From the human T2T-CHM13v2.0 reference genome, Homo sapiens, in assembly GCF_009914755.1 (NCBI RefSeq), contig NC_060926.1: DNA of 64,000 nucleotides, one strand, 5' to 3'. Made by a program: the position numbers and the translations under genes. The notes below the pieces were generated by a model. That model was not told the origin of the DNA, did not search any database, and saw only the letters and a list, made by a program, of their open reading frames with translations. Below are positions 50,986 to 64,000 of the stretch, piece by piece; positions within the stretch are counted from its first letter, which is position 1, and each line of letters begins with the position of its first letter.

Positions 50986-51595
50986 GCTTGCATACCTAAA
51001 CTTAATTTCTTTGTAGAGGGGTGAGAGGGTCATTTCCTGTCAATCATATTTCTTATTGATCTTATTCCTCATTATAGGAAGCTTATTCCTAAGAGTCAGT
51101 GCATATTTTCAAGATCCAGTCACCTGCCCTAATCACATGATTTTTGTGTTACCCAAAACATTGACTGCTTACATCCAAATATGCCTAATTCCCAATGCGT
51201 ATTTGACTGAAGAACTTCCATCCTATGGCCCCAGTAACATGTGCACATGGTTTTTTTTTTCTACAGGAATTGAGAGCTGGCTATACTTTGGGCATTTCAT
51301 AGCCCTTCCATTTACTTTCTCGTTTAATGAATACCGTGGTATGCTGAACAGAACACCAGGATGTCATTGCCAGATGAGTCTGTTCTAGCGTTCATTTCAA
51401 ATTTCTAGGCAAGGGATCTAAATAATTTAGTCTCTAATTCTCAAATGCTTTTGCTTCCTACCCTCATCTTGACTGCTCCCACCTGAATTCTGATAGATCA
51501 GTTTTGTTTTTTTTTTGCCTCATTCTTATTTTAATCTGCATTGCTTCTGCTGTGTCCCATCAATGAACATTAGTCACCTTTAAAGCACTATCTGG

Positions 51596-52087
<492 letters not shown>

Positions 52088-53094
52088 ATCACAATCCAAA
52101 TACCAAGGTTTTGAGGCCAGACCAATTATTCAGAAGTCTGAAATGTTCTAGCAATCTCATTCCCAAATATTTCTCTCTCAGAGTCTATGGTTGCCGGAAA
52201 TGATTGGGATTTTCAAACCTGTCATATGCAGCCCCACAGCAATTCTGCTCTGATATCCACGGCTCTCATCACTTGGGATTTTGTTTCTAATAGGTTTCTG
52301 TTTATTTCACCGCCAGGGCTTTTTTGACCTTCTGCTGTTAATTTTTAGTTCTCTTTTCCCCTGTAGAGGGCAAACACCTTGCACTACCTATCACCAGTTC
52401 TGTCAGGGGAGCTCAGAAAGTGAGCATTGGTCCCTGAATGCAGAGACATTTCCCTGAGATGGAAACCCACCCCTTTCAAGCAAGTATGGCACTCTGCAGG
52501 TAGGAAAGGAGGAGTTGGTCTGATGTGTTTCACACCTTATTTGGGACCATTGTTTTGACAGCATTTCTCCAGATTCCTTAACTCACAGAAATTTTTCTTT
52601 TAAGAGGTTTCAGTTTTTCTTCAGTTCAATCTCCTTAGGGAAAACCAAGTTTTCCAGTTGGATTTGTACATGTTTAAATGCCATATGAGGGATGAATTCA
52701 AGTTATTTCCCACTGTGCTCTGTGTTTCATGAATATTAAGTTATGAGGACTGAACCTCTGTTTCAAACTCCTAGAATGGTCCACAGTAAGTAAGACGCTC
52801 TTGGATGCTTGACCACTGGAGGCTGGTTTGCTAAAAGCACAGAGAACTGTACCAGGTAATGAACAGCTCCCTAATTTTGACTTGAATTCTCTCATTATCG
52901 TTTGTCCCCCGTGATTTCCAGCTCCTTCTGAAAGACAGGGAGAGTCCCTGATAATTGAAACATTCCATTTGCCCCTCCCTATGTAGGCTATGAATCATTT
53001 TCTATTTTTTCAGTGGACAATTTGCTAGGTCATGTGATTACAATGCATTCGATCCAGTTTAGCTCTGTAGTAAATTTTCTAAGAGTTTTTTCTT

Positions 53095-53513
53095 TTTATT
53101 CCTTGGTAAAATAATGTTCTCTCTTTTTATTTTAATAGGGCATATGGTTTACAAGAATAAGAATACATTTCTCAGAGCCATTTTTTTTTTTTTGCTGAGT
53201 ATGGTCATATGACTATGTTCTGGCCAGTGGGAGGTGAGCAGAACTGCTTTGTGACATTTTCACAGACTCTTTCTTAAGAATTATTGTATGTTCCCCTTGT
53301 CTTCATGTTTTCCACTGCTGGAAACACAGATGACATAACACCAAGTAGGACACAAAGAGAAGAATCTTTGGCCCCAAACACTATATTATTTACGCCTTGA
53401 TGTGCCAACCCAGACTCTTATGTGAAACAGAAATATACTTCTAACCTGTTTTGGCCACTGTTATTTGGGAGGTTTCTTTCCCTCACACACAACCAAATCC
53501 TAATCTCTGATAA
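53095..53513 (+). mobile_element. LTR33-like ERVL LTR
   Basis: tacatttctcag...ggtcatatgactatgttctggcc...gccactgttatttggg...aatcctaa. Confidence 0.65.
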
Positions 53514-56500
53514 GTTGTGTAGAAATGTCCTACTTGATGCTTGAAGCCCAATTTGCCTGATCTTACCAGTTCCACTCCTCGCTTGTCTTCCCATTTTCTC
53601 AAACTTTTATGCATGGAGAGCTTTGCTAGGATATAGATGACTCCTTGATTTTGACTTCAGTTCTCTCACTCAAGTCAAATTATCTCATTTAAAATGGTAA
53701 ACTTTAAAAAGAGAGAGAGATTCTGAGAATCGTTCATTTATGTTCTTGCTTCTTCCCTTCAGTGTGAGAGGTGAGCCAGTTTCCCCAGGCCTCTGATTTC
53801 ATGCAATGCTCTGCTATAGCTTTCAATTTTTTTTCTCCTCAGCTCATTGATTGCACAAATACTTCTCTAGATACTATCTGACCCCACTCAGTTCTGGGTC
53901 TTCTGGAGCCATAACACACCCTCTGGGGACACAATTGGACACACCAGGCCATTCAAGACAAAGGGTTTGTGTTCTCCAGCTTGTCCCTTAGTTTTCCCTG
54001 TAGAAAGCTTTGTAAAACTCACTTCACTTCACCATTTTACCTAGGACAGATGAAGGAACACAGAAAGAAAACTAATTTCTATGGAAAGAATATATTGAAA
54101 GCACTCGAATAATATAGGAAAGTGGCAAACTGTTTATCTGTCAAAACATCTTCCCCAACTCACAGGCCAGCCAAACGCTTTTGAGTGGTCGGATGTTATT
54201 TCTTTTACCATGCTGAATTGACCTTCTCCAACCACCTTCCCTGAGATGCTCCTAATTTCCCCCATATGAATGTCTCTTATTTTCAGCGGCATGAATAGAC
54301 AATAAAAAGTTACACCCTTCCCTCAGTCCTAGAATAGAATGTCCATTATCATTAATGATGATCATAACCTGAGAAAGCAGTCAATTGGCCTCTTAGCATA
54401 TGCCTGCATGCTACATAATCAGACTTCCTGGGGATTTGGTCTCCATTTGATAGGACAGGATTAATTCAGCATAAAAACATTCTCTGGCCTATTTGAACTT
54501 TGAGTAGAGTACAAAATGACCTACTGTGACAATATATTTAACTTTTCTGACAGTTACTATTTTTTCCAACTCCTTGTTCATTGTCTTGCCAAAGTGTTTA
54601 TGTGAAAAGATTCTTAAACTCTTACAACTACACCTATACTGGAATGGTAATACTTTTTTTTTTTTTTTAACACCACCATATAGTCAAGAAAAGCCATGGC
54701 AGGAAGCAAGCAGGAAATTAGTATTAGCAAGGGATGAAAAGTGAATCTGAAATGAAGACTTGGAGAAGTAAATCTTCAGAAACTCCATTTGGCAGAGATT
54801 TCTGATCTGATAGTATGCCAGTACACTTAATGAAGAAAAACGTGGTCCAAGGAGAAAAAAAAAATACATAAAACGGATTCAAAAAGATTCAAAATTGATT
54901 CAAAAAGAATCAACTTAAACTTTCATAAAAGAAGCATAGTTACTTTGTTAGGTAATCTAAAATAAAAATTTCACCAATTGTGTTTACTCCTGAAGCCTCC
55001 AAATCAGAAATATTTTAAACAATCTATGAAAAGAAAAACATAAAACACTGATAATTGTACTGGTATTGCTATGATTCAATTTTGGTGAGTCATCACCATG
55101 TGCTTCAACAGTCTTTCACCTCAAAGATGGTTGATCCTATGAAAACCCAAAACTGGTCATTGGTTCATGTACCTTTATTTTCTGTTTTTAACAAAATTAT
55201 CGACCTTGAAGGAGAAGTTATCTGTATTTCTCTTGTACCGCATATTAAATATAGAGCAGCGCTAGACCCATATTTGGTCCTTAATGAATTGTGAATTGGT
55301 TTAAATATTTAGGATTATATGGCATAGTAATTTTTTTTTTAATATGAGGGTCTAGGTATTGAACTAATATCACAGATCAATCACAAACAGAGGTCTTATC
55401 TATACAACATTAAAATAAGTGTATTAAGGGGAAGTTATTACAACTAATTATTTAGCACTAGTGACAAAATTAACAATGGGTTGAAGGTTGAATTTTTAAA
55501 CAATTTTAAAAAATTTTAAGTGTAAGACTGTGTTTATTCACAACTCGTGATGTCACTACTCCTTCAAAAACTTCTTTTTGGACAAAATGACAAGAAAAAT
55601 TACAATACCAACCAACAACCGAAGATGCACAGAAACTTTGAAAAGCATAATTTAGATAATTACAAGGTAAATTAACTTTAGATATTTTCAGTGACACAAA
55701 GTTGAAAGCCTGTGCCTTAAATGAAAGCTATTATGATGTAAGCAAACTGGCTTTCATTCACTTACTTTGGCAAGAGAGAACATAAGGAATCAACTCTAAA
55801 TTGGCATCTCATTACAGGAAGTGCATATACAATTTTTATTTCTTATGGATTAAACTCAGAAAGGTAATAGACTGGGATAAAAGGAGAGCAAATCTTTGAA
55901 CTGGTTGATTTTTTAAAGACTTATGCAACTAGGTGAGATTCTGAGCAAAGATGAAAGTGTTATGAAATTCATAAGATATTTTGTGGTTCTAATCACACAA
56001 GTGACAACAGGAGGTGGTCTTTCTAGTTCTGGTCTCAACAGCTTTTGGCCGTCTTTTCGCCAGGCCAAAGGGTTGGCCACAAAAGCAGTATCATTCCAGA
56101 TTTACATCACTGTCATGAGCCCTGATATTATCATCTTTTTTTTTTAAGGTTTAGAGTGTCTAAACTTAAATCAGTGTCTATTATTTTGTGTATTTTGTTA
56201 AGGGATGAGATTTTCGATCATCTGATGTGACAGTGGCTGCACGGAAGCATGGAAGATTGAAGATGCACACAAAGTAGAAGAGTGAAGACTGAACTTTGCA
56301 GAATGCCTCCAAGCCATATACAGAAATTACTGAACCCAGGACAAGAAAATATGTCTAGAATCTAGGAGGATATTCCTTGGAGAGTCAAGTGGCTGACCCC
56401 CTCAGTTTAGAAGAGCATTGTACTTGGCTAATAGTATTTATTCATGTGTAACACAGATTGCCAGTAATGGCACAGATACCATCATGACTGGCTAGTAGAA

Positions 56501-56995
56501 AGTCTAAAGCTACCAGATTTTCTATTTCACGTGAGTCAAATAGTTGAGACTCATCATTCAGCTTTGAGAGCTGTGAAAGTGTTCTTTAAAACTTCGGACA
56601 AGGTTAACAATAAATTTCTGGTCACCTATTCCAATTATATAACCCTCATTGTAGAAACCATTACCCAGATGTTGTGCATAAAAAGTGAATCAATATTTCC
56701 TCTGGGTAACTGTCCTGAATAGCCTATCATGGCTTCATCTTACATGTTCCTAGGGACATGCCTCAATGACACAATGTCCAAAAAGGGACCCAGGATCTTG
56801 GATTTCTGAAGTCTCTGACAATTACCCTGCAGGCACAAGGTAAGTTAAAGTGAGGGAAACAGGTGAAGGCTTGACTTCCCTTGTAAAAATAACACACCAC
56901 TGCAGTGTAGGTGCCATTTAAGAGTAGTGTGCCAATTATCTCTTCCTTGAGAAAAGCAAATGGCCTGGGTGTAGCCAAATAACTCCTAAAGCTCT

Positions 56996-57837
56996 TGTGC
57001 TGAACCCCTATTAACCTCAATAGGGAAGTTACCAGGTTCAAGAGGACAAAGAAGAGATTTGGAGCCAGCAAATGAGACATGTGGTTTTATAAGGGGCTTA
57101 CATAGAGGCGAGGGAGTCCAGTGGCAGTAGGCTACATAGAAAAATCACCTTATATACAGTCCAGTGGTGCAGGCTGGACAAGATAACAGCCAGTCCAGTG
57201 AGCACGCCAGTGAACAGTCCAGTGACAGTGGCCACCTTACATAGTCCAGTAGCAACAGGCTGGACAGGATATCTGCCTTACCGATAGTCCAGTGGCAGTG
57301 GGCTGGGCAAAATAACCACCTCACCTACAGTCCAGTGGTGGCAGACTGGACAAGATATCTATCTTACACACACACCAGTGGTGGTGGGCTGGATGAGCTA
57401 ACCACCTTACTTATAGTCCAGTGGCAGCAGACTACAGTCCAGTGGTGGCAGGCTGTAGTGAAGGGCTGGACAAGATATCCATCTTACATGTAGTCCGTTG
57501 GTGGTGAACTGGGCAAGATAATTGCATGGCCCAGTGGTGGTGGGCTGGTCAGGAAAGCCACAATGGCTTACAAACAGCATTTTCATTTATCACCCTCTAC
57601 TTATGAACCTCTTCATCATAGCCATCTTTTAACCCAAACTCAGGGCCTCAATCCCCTACACAGCTCTTGTTCCACTGGGTGGGCCACGTTCTTAGATGTT
57701 CCTCATACATAAGGAACGAAATTTTAGGTTGGTCATTCCTGACTTCCCTACCTTGGAACACACATTCAGGTGTGTCTGCCATACTCTTATTCTGAGGGCT
57801 TACGTAACTTATTACTCTCAGGTGCGTTTATCATATA
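56996..57837 (-). mobile_element. LTR47-family ERVL solo LTR
   Basis: tgtgctgaacccctattaacctcaataggg...caggtgcgtttatcatata; perfect TSD gctct at 56991-56995 and 57838-57842. Confidence 0.8.
57116..57550. repeat. Degenerate 43-bp tandem array inside LTR47
   Basis: gtccagtgg-like core at 57116, 57159, 57193, 57217, 57244, 57287, 57330, 57373, 57416, 57437, 57493, 57529. Confidence 0.88.
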
Positions 57838-57858
57838 GCTCTTAACAAAAGATTTTAG

Positions 57859-58232
<374 letters not shown>

Positions 58233-58419
58233 TCATCATATATTCTTAATTTTAACATCTACCATCTGGAATAAGCTGAAAATAAAAAATAAAAATAAAT
58301 AAATAAATAAATAAATAAACAAACAAACAAACACCACAAGTCCTGGCTGTCTTTAACTAGCTGGAGACACCAATTCCTTGCCACCTAGGCCTCTCAATAG
58401 GGCAGCTCATAACATGAGC

Positions 58420-59436
58420 TTTAACATTCTTTCCCTCAATTTTTCTATCTCTCTTCCCTTTTTATTAGAAACAGCACGAAGAAACCAGGCAGTGCCTTCA
58501 ACACTTCGTTTGGAAGTCTAGCTAGATCACCCAGTTTATAAGTCACATTTTCTACATTCCATGTTACTGCAGGCAGTAAATAGTATTGCCAAGATCCCTA
58601 CTGCTATATATATGTATATATAATAAGGAACACCCTCCCCTCAACCTTTCTCTAGTTTTCAATACCTCACTTCTTTTTTGAGACCTGATGTATCTTCAAT
58701 GTCCATGTTTTTAACAGCGAATTCAAAGCATTTTATGTTTTCACGAACACTCTCTTCAAAGCCCAATATCCAGCCCCAACACCATCCCACATTTTAGATT
58801 TTTATATAGCAGCACTCCACTTTCAGGTACTGAAATGTGTATTTCCGTACCTGAATACAAGACCTCCACTTTCAGGTCATATTTCAGGTACTGAAATATG
58901 TATTATTTATCTATTTATATTAACAAATTAACCCCCCAAATCAGCAACTTAAAACAATAAACAGTACCTTCCAGATTTTGTGGGTGAGAAATCCGAACGC
59001 GGCTTAGCGGATCACCTGTGACTCAGGTTGCAATTGCAATGGCATTGTCCCCTGAAGCTGCAGTCTCCTCGAAGCTCAAGTAGGGAAGCATCCACTTCCA
59101 GGCTCACTCATGTGGCTCTTGGCAGGCCCCAGTCCCTCACTGATTTGCTAGCTGGAGAAACCAATTCCTGGCCACCTGGGCCTCTCAATAGGGCAGCTCA
59201 TAACACGGCAGCTGTCTTCACTTAAAGTTGAGTGAGAAAGAACCCTGTCTCTCTCAAGAAATGTCATAATCTTTTTCTAACCTAACCTGGGAAGTGATAT
59301 CATATCACTTTGCTTTATTCTGTTAATTAGAGTCAAGCTACCCTGTCCAGCCCACATTCAATGGGACAGGACTGCACAAGGGCATGAAGATCAGGAGAAG
59401 GGATCATTTAGGACAATTTCAGACCAGCTACCTCAA
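58420..59436 (-). mobile_element. MLT1 (G/H-like) internal fragment plus LTR (LTR ~58899-59436)
   Basis: cccacattttag...agcagcactccactttcaggtac internal end; LTR ggctcactcatgtggct...cagcccacattcaa...agggcatgaa. Confidence 0.7.
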
Positions 59437-60239
59437 AGGCAAGTCTGTTTAAAGTAACAAAGACTGTAATGGGTGAAATCAAATTTTCCCAGAATAACAT
59501 ACACTCTGATGTGGAACATAACAAAATCCGAGCTCAGACAGAACATGCGACTCACCTCTCCACTGAATTCCAGAAAACTTGAGGTGAACAGGTGAAACTG
59601 TCCTTGAAAGATATGTGCACAAGCATGAGGGTCTCAGCTGAGTCTTGTTGAATCTTCAAATTGTGGAAAGCTCCCTCCATAAGTAAAGAAACTTGTTACT
59701 GTATCAGTAGAGTAAGTTTTATTGACTTACTTCAGCAAGAAAAAATCGCTACAAAGACAATTCTGAAATTGAGTCATAGTAGCGGAAGTAAATGTATGGT
59801 TTTTGTTGCTTATAGCTTAGAGGAGGGGACTATTTGAAGTAGGATGGAGTCTTTGGATTGATTGACGTGAGGCAAGGCTTTGAGCAAGTGAGTATTGGGC
59901 AAGTCATAAAACATTCTGCAATTGCTATTGTATAAGTATGAGGGTGGTTGTTCCCGTTTTTAGTGGCCACCACTTAATTTAAGACACATTAATCATATCA
60001 TTGCCTAATGTAATATACGGGCATACTTTGGAGATATTGTAGGTTGAGTTCCAGACCACTGAAATAAAGTAAATATGACAATAAAGTGAGCCACACACAT
60101 TTTTTTGGTTTCTCAATGCATATAAAAGTTATAGTTACACTGTAGTGTAGTCTATTAAGTGTGCAATAATATTCTAAAAGAACAATGTACTTTAAATAAA
60201 AAAATACTTTGTAGCTAAAAATGCTAGCAGTAGCTACTT

Positions 60240-60475
<236 letters not shown>

Positions 60476-60954
60476 TAGGCTTTGGCTTAAGGAAATGTTG
60501 TGGCTGGTTTGATAGTCTACTCAGATCAATAAAAATTTTGCTGTGTCAGCACTAAAATTGTTCTACTTTCTTACTATTTGTGTATTCACTGAAGTAGCAA
60601 ACAAGTAGTTCCTTCAAGAACTTTTTGTTTGCATTCACAATTTGGGTAACTGTTTGGTGCAAGATGCCTGGCTTTTGGCCTGTTTTGAGTTTCAGCATGC
60701 CTTTCTCACAAGTTTAATCACTTTCTAGCTTCTGATTTGAAGAAAAAGAAGTGCATGCTTTCTTTCAGTTGAACACTTAGAGGCCATTGCAGGGTTATTA
60801 ATTGGCCTAACTTCAATAATGTTGTGTCTTGGAGAACAGGGAGGCCTGAGAAGAGGGAGACGGAGACGGAATGGCAGTGGGAGCACGCACCTTACATGGG
60901 TGCAGTTTGTGGTGCTCCAAAACAATCACCATTGTAACCTCAAAAATCACTATC

Positions 60955-61257
60955 AGCCGGGCGTGGTGACTCACGCCTGTAATCCCAGCACTTTGGGAGG
61001 CCGAGGCAGGTGGATTACGAGGTCAGGAGATCGAGACCATCCTGGCTAATATGGTGAAACCCAGTCTCTACCAAAAATACAAAAAATTAGCCAGGCGTGG
61101 TGGCGGGTGCCTGTGGTCCCAGCTACTCAGGAGGCTGAGGCAGGAGAATGGCGTGAACCTGGGATGCAGAGCTTGCAGTGAGCCGAGATTGTGCCACTGC
61201 ACTCCAGCCTGGGCGACACAGCCAGACTCCGTCTCAAAAAACAAACAAAACAAAACA
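60955..61257 (+). mobile_element. AluY inserted in Tigger1
   Basis: gagatcgagaccatcctggctaa, gaatggcgtgaacc; TSD aaaaatcactatc/aaaaatcgctgatc. Confidence 0.92.
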
Positions 61258-61629
61258 AAAAATCGCTGATCACAGACCACTGTAAGAGATATAATAATAA
61301 TAATAATAATAATAACATTTGAAATGGTGTGAGAATTACAAAAATGTGAAACAGAGGCATGAAGTGAATGCATGTTCTGAAAAAAAAATGGTGCTGATAG
61401 GTGCCCAACGCAGAGTTACTGCAAACCTTCAAATTCGAAAAAAAACAGAAACAAACGAACAAAAAAATGCAGTATCTGCAAAATGCAATAGAGCAAAGCA
61501 CAATAAGACAAGCTATGCTTGTATTGCGTATTTGGTCCAAATATGTTATCTTTATCCTGTGAAATAAATATGGAAATGTGACCAGAGAGCTCATTGCCTA
61601 ATATATAAATTCAAATATCGAAATGGCCT

Positions 61630-61885
61630 GTAGTATATTTTAAGATTTTTTAGACTATGGAGCCAGAAGCCAGTGTTTAAATCTAGCACTGTCACTCCCG
61701 AAATATGTGAAATTGATTCAGTTGCTTTAACCTCTCTATGCCTCAGTCGTGTATTTTAAATCAGAGATAAAAATAGCAAATATACCATAGAGTGGTTTGA
61801 GGATTAAATGAGTTCATACATATAAATCACTCAGAAGAGTGCCCAGCACATAGTTAACACCTAAATAAATGAAAGCTATCATGAT
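61630..61885 (+). mobile_element. MIR
   Basis: ttaacctctctatgcctcagt...tgaggattaaatgag...gcccagcacatag. Confidence 0.85.
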
Positions 61886-63391
61886 TCTTATAGTAGTGAT
61901 AATGTCTTATTGTTCATGTCAAAAAGTCCTTTTCAACTCACTCCCACAAATGGTCTAAATTAACCAAACTAACAACAAAATATATACTAACAGAAAATAA
62001 CATCTTTGTACTTATTATCCATAGGATGTTGGATGGGGAATTTCACTCTAGCATTGAGTATGCCTGGTATAGGATAAATTAATCTTTGGCTTGCCTGAGT
62101 TGCTAGTCCTTGCTTTTCTTGGTTGAAGTTTCCCAGCATTCAGGGTTAAAATCTATAATACAGCACACCCAATAGCTGTGTCTGCCTCTTTAAGGTTTCA
62201 TCTTTCTCTTACCTCGGGAGCTCGGGGGCTTTAGTGTGTTTTCGAAAGTCTTTACTTATTAACAGATGACTTCTATTAATTTGTGGAGAAAATTAGATAT
62301 TATGAAAGGTAATGCCCAAACCTTATAAGCTATACCTCCAGAAACCTGATAAAAAATCTCACTTCTTTGCCTGTACTTTCCAATTTTTCATCCTGTAATG
62401 CTGTTTCTAGTGTGATATCACAGTCAGTAAATTTTTCACTTCAGGTCGTGGCGAGAAGCCAGGTGGTTTTAAAGTCATTTGCTCAGGCAAAAGAAGAATG
62501 GTCCATTTGGAGTTGAAGTATCCTGGAGGGCATTGTTGCAATTAGATAGATGTATGACCATGGGTTTTCATTAGAACACTAGGTATACACTCCATATCAT
62601 TATTCTAAGAAACTGCACTCACAGACTGAGGTAGCGTAATACTACTGAGTCAATATCCCACAGATCTGTAAGCACAATTTCTAGGTAGGAGCCATCTTAA
62701 TTCTATTTATTTATACCTTTATTATTTTTAATAGACAAAATCACTCTTAATTAACCCTATAGTACAGTTCTATAATCAAATTAATTTAAAGTCAGTCAGA
62801 GGAAGGAAAAGAATGAGCTTTATAAGATCAATATTAATGTTTCTTTTTTATGTCCTACACCTAGTAATAATGCTATTACCCTGTTCTTCCTAACATAGAA
62901 CCTATGCTCTTACAAAAAAAGGAAACTGTAACACCTTTCTGTAGAGTTCCTTCACATTACATGTTTATAAAGTTGAGACAAATATGTTATTTCTCCTTTT
63001 TATTTAAAGATTTTAAACCAAACCTTGAAGCAATTAAGTTAATAACTATAAAGACTTATGGGTAAAATGTAATTATAACAAATAAACTTAACATAAAATT
63101 TCTCCATAATAAAACAACTCCTATGTCTTCATTCATTCATTCATATCAATTTTTCTTGACAATCAGCAGCTACCTTTATACTGAATGCCTAGATGGCACT
63201 ACAAAAGATTCTAAAAATATAAAGGGATATGTAATATGATCTTTATATTTAATAGGTAACTTTTAGAGAAAGAAAATATGGACATTTAAAGGATTAATAA
63301 CAATACAGTAAAGCAAATTTCATCCATCAAACTGGGCTTCTTGGAGAAGTAATGAAGGAATGTTCCTCATTATGTTCTGTCCCTGTATTTA

Positions 63392-63720
<329 letters not shown>

Positions 63721-64000
63721 GGTTTGCTCAATGCACTGCCACTCTGACTTTCTGAAGAAGAGCTGCAGAGATTCAACATCAGCACATCTGTTGGGCATCT
63801 GAGGCAGAATTTATAGAGATTCTTGTCCTAATTTTAAAAGCCAGGGTCCTTCAAAACCCCACTAGAAAAATCATCTGGGATCTTCTGCCAATTTTGACCC
63901 CAAACAACTTTAAACACCATTCCTCTTCCATAACCTCAACCACTTCCATCTCCTTGCTGTAAGAAATATTCTGAAATTTGGTTAAACCCTGAAAACATTG

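Noticed and set aside
57116-57550. CRISPR-like repeat-spacer appearance
   Set aside because: The spacers are homologous to each other, the array is inside an LTR with a TSD, the genome is primate, and there are no cas genes.

Overview
This is AT-rich primate genomic DNA, very probably human because it contains a young AluYa5 element. It looks intergenic or deep-intronic. I find no supportable protein-coding exon, RNA gene, CpG-island promoter or CRISPR array. The ORFs in the track are read-throughs of Alu, THE1, MER52, L1 or simple repeats, or chance ORFs. Most of the window is layered transposon debris: about 18 Alus (J, S, Y, Ya5), a full-length THE1B MaLR provirus, solo MST/THE1/MLT1/MER52/LTR47/LTR16/LTR33 LTRs, L1 fragments of many ages, long L2 remnants, MIRs and DNA transposons (Tigger1, MER5A, MER63, MER94). 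Repeat family names come from my recollection of consensus sequences and need RepeatMasker/Dfam confirmation. The least explained signals are local copying scars: a ~160-bp inverted duplication (15711-15876 vs 16613-16773), a 58-bp 95%-identical direct copy, a 64-bp tandem duplication, and three perfect-hairpin sites, two of them overlapping double hairpins. Candidate regulatory oddities are a THE1 LTR with a DUX4 motif, TATA and a strong splice donor, a POU-octamer cluster, a (GGAA)12 microsatellite, an AG|GTGAGT recursive-splice-like site and a 43-bp array inside LTR47. I cannot support a new biological system from sequence alone.
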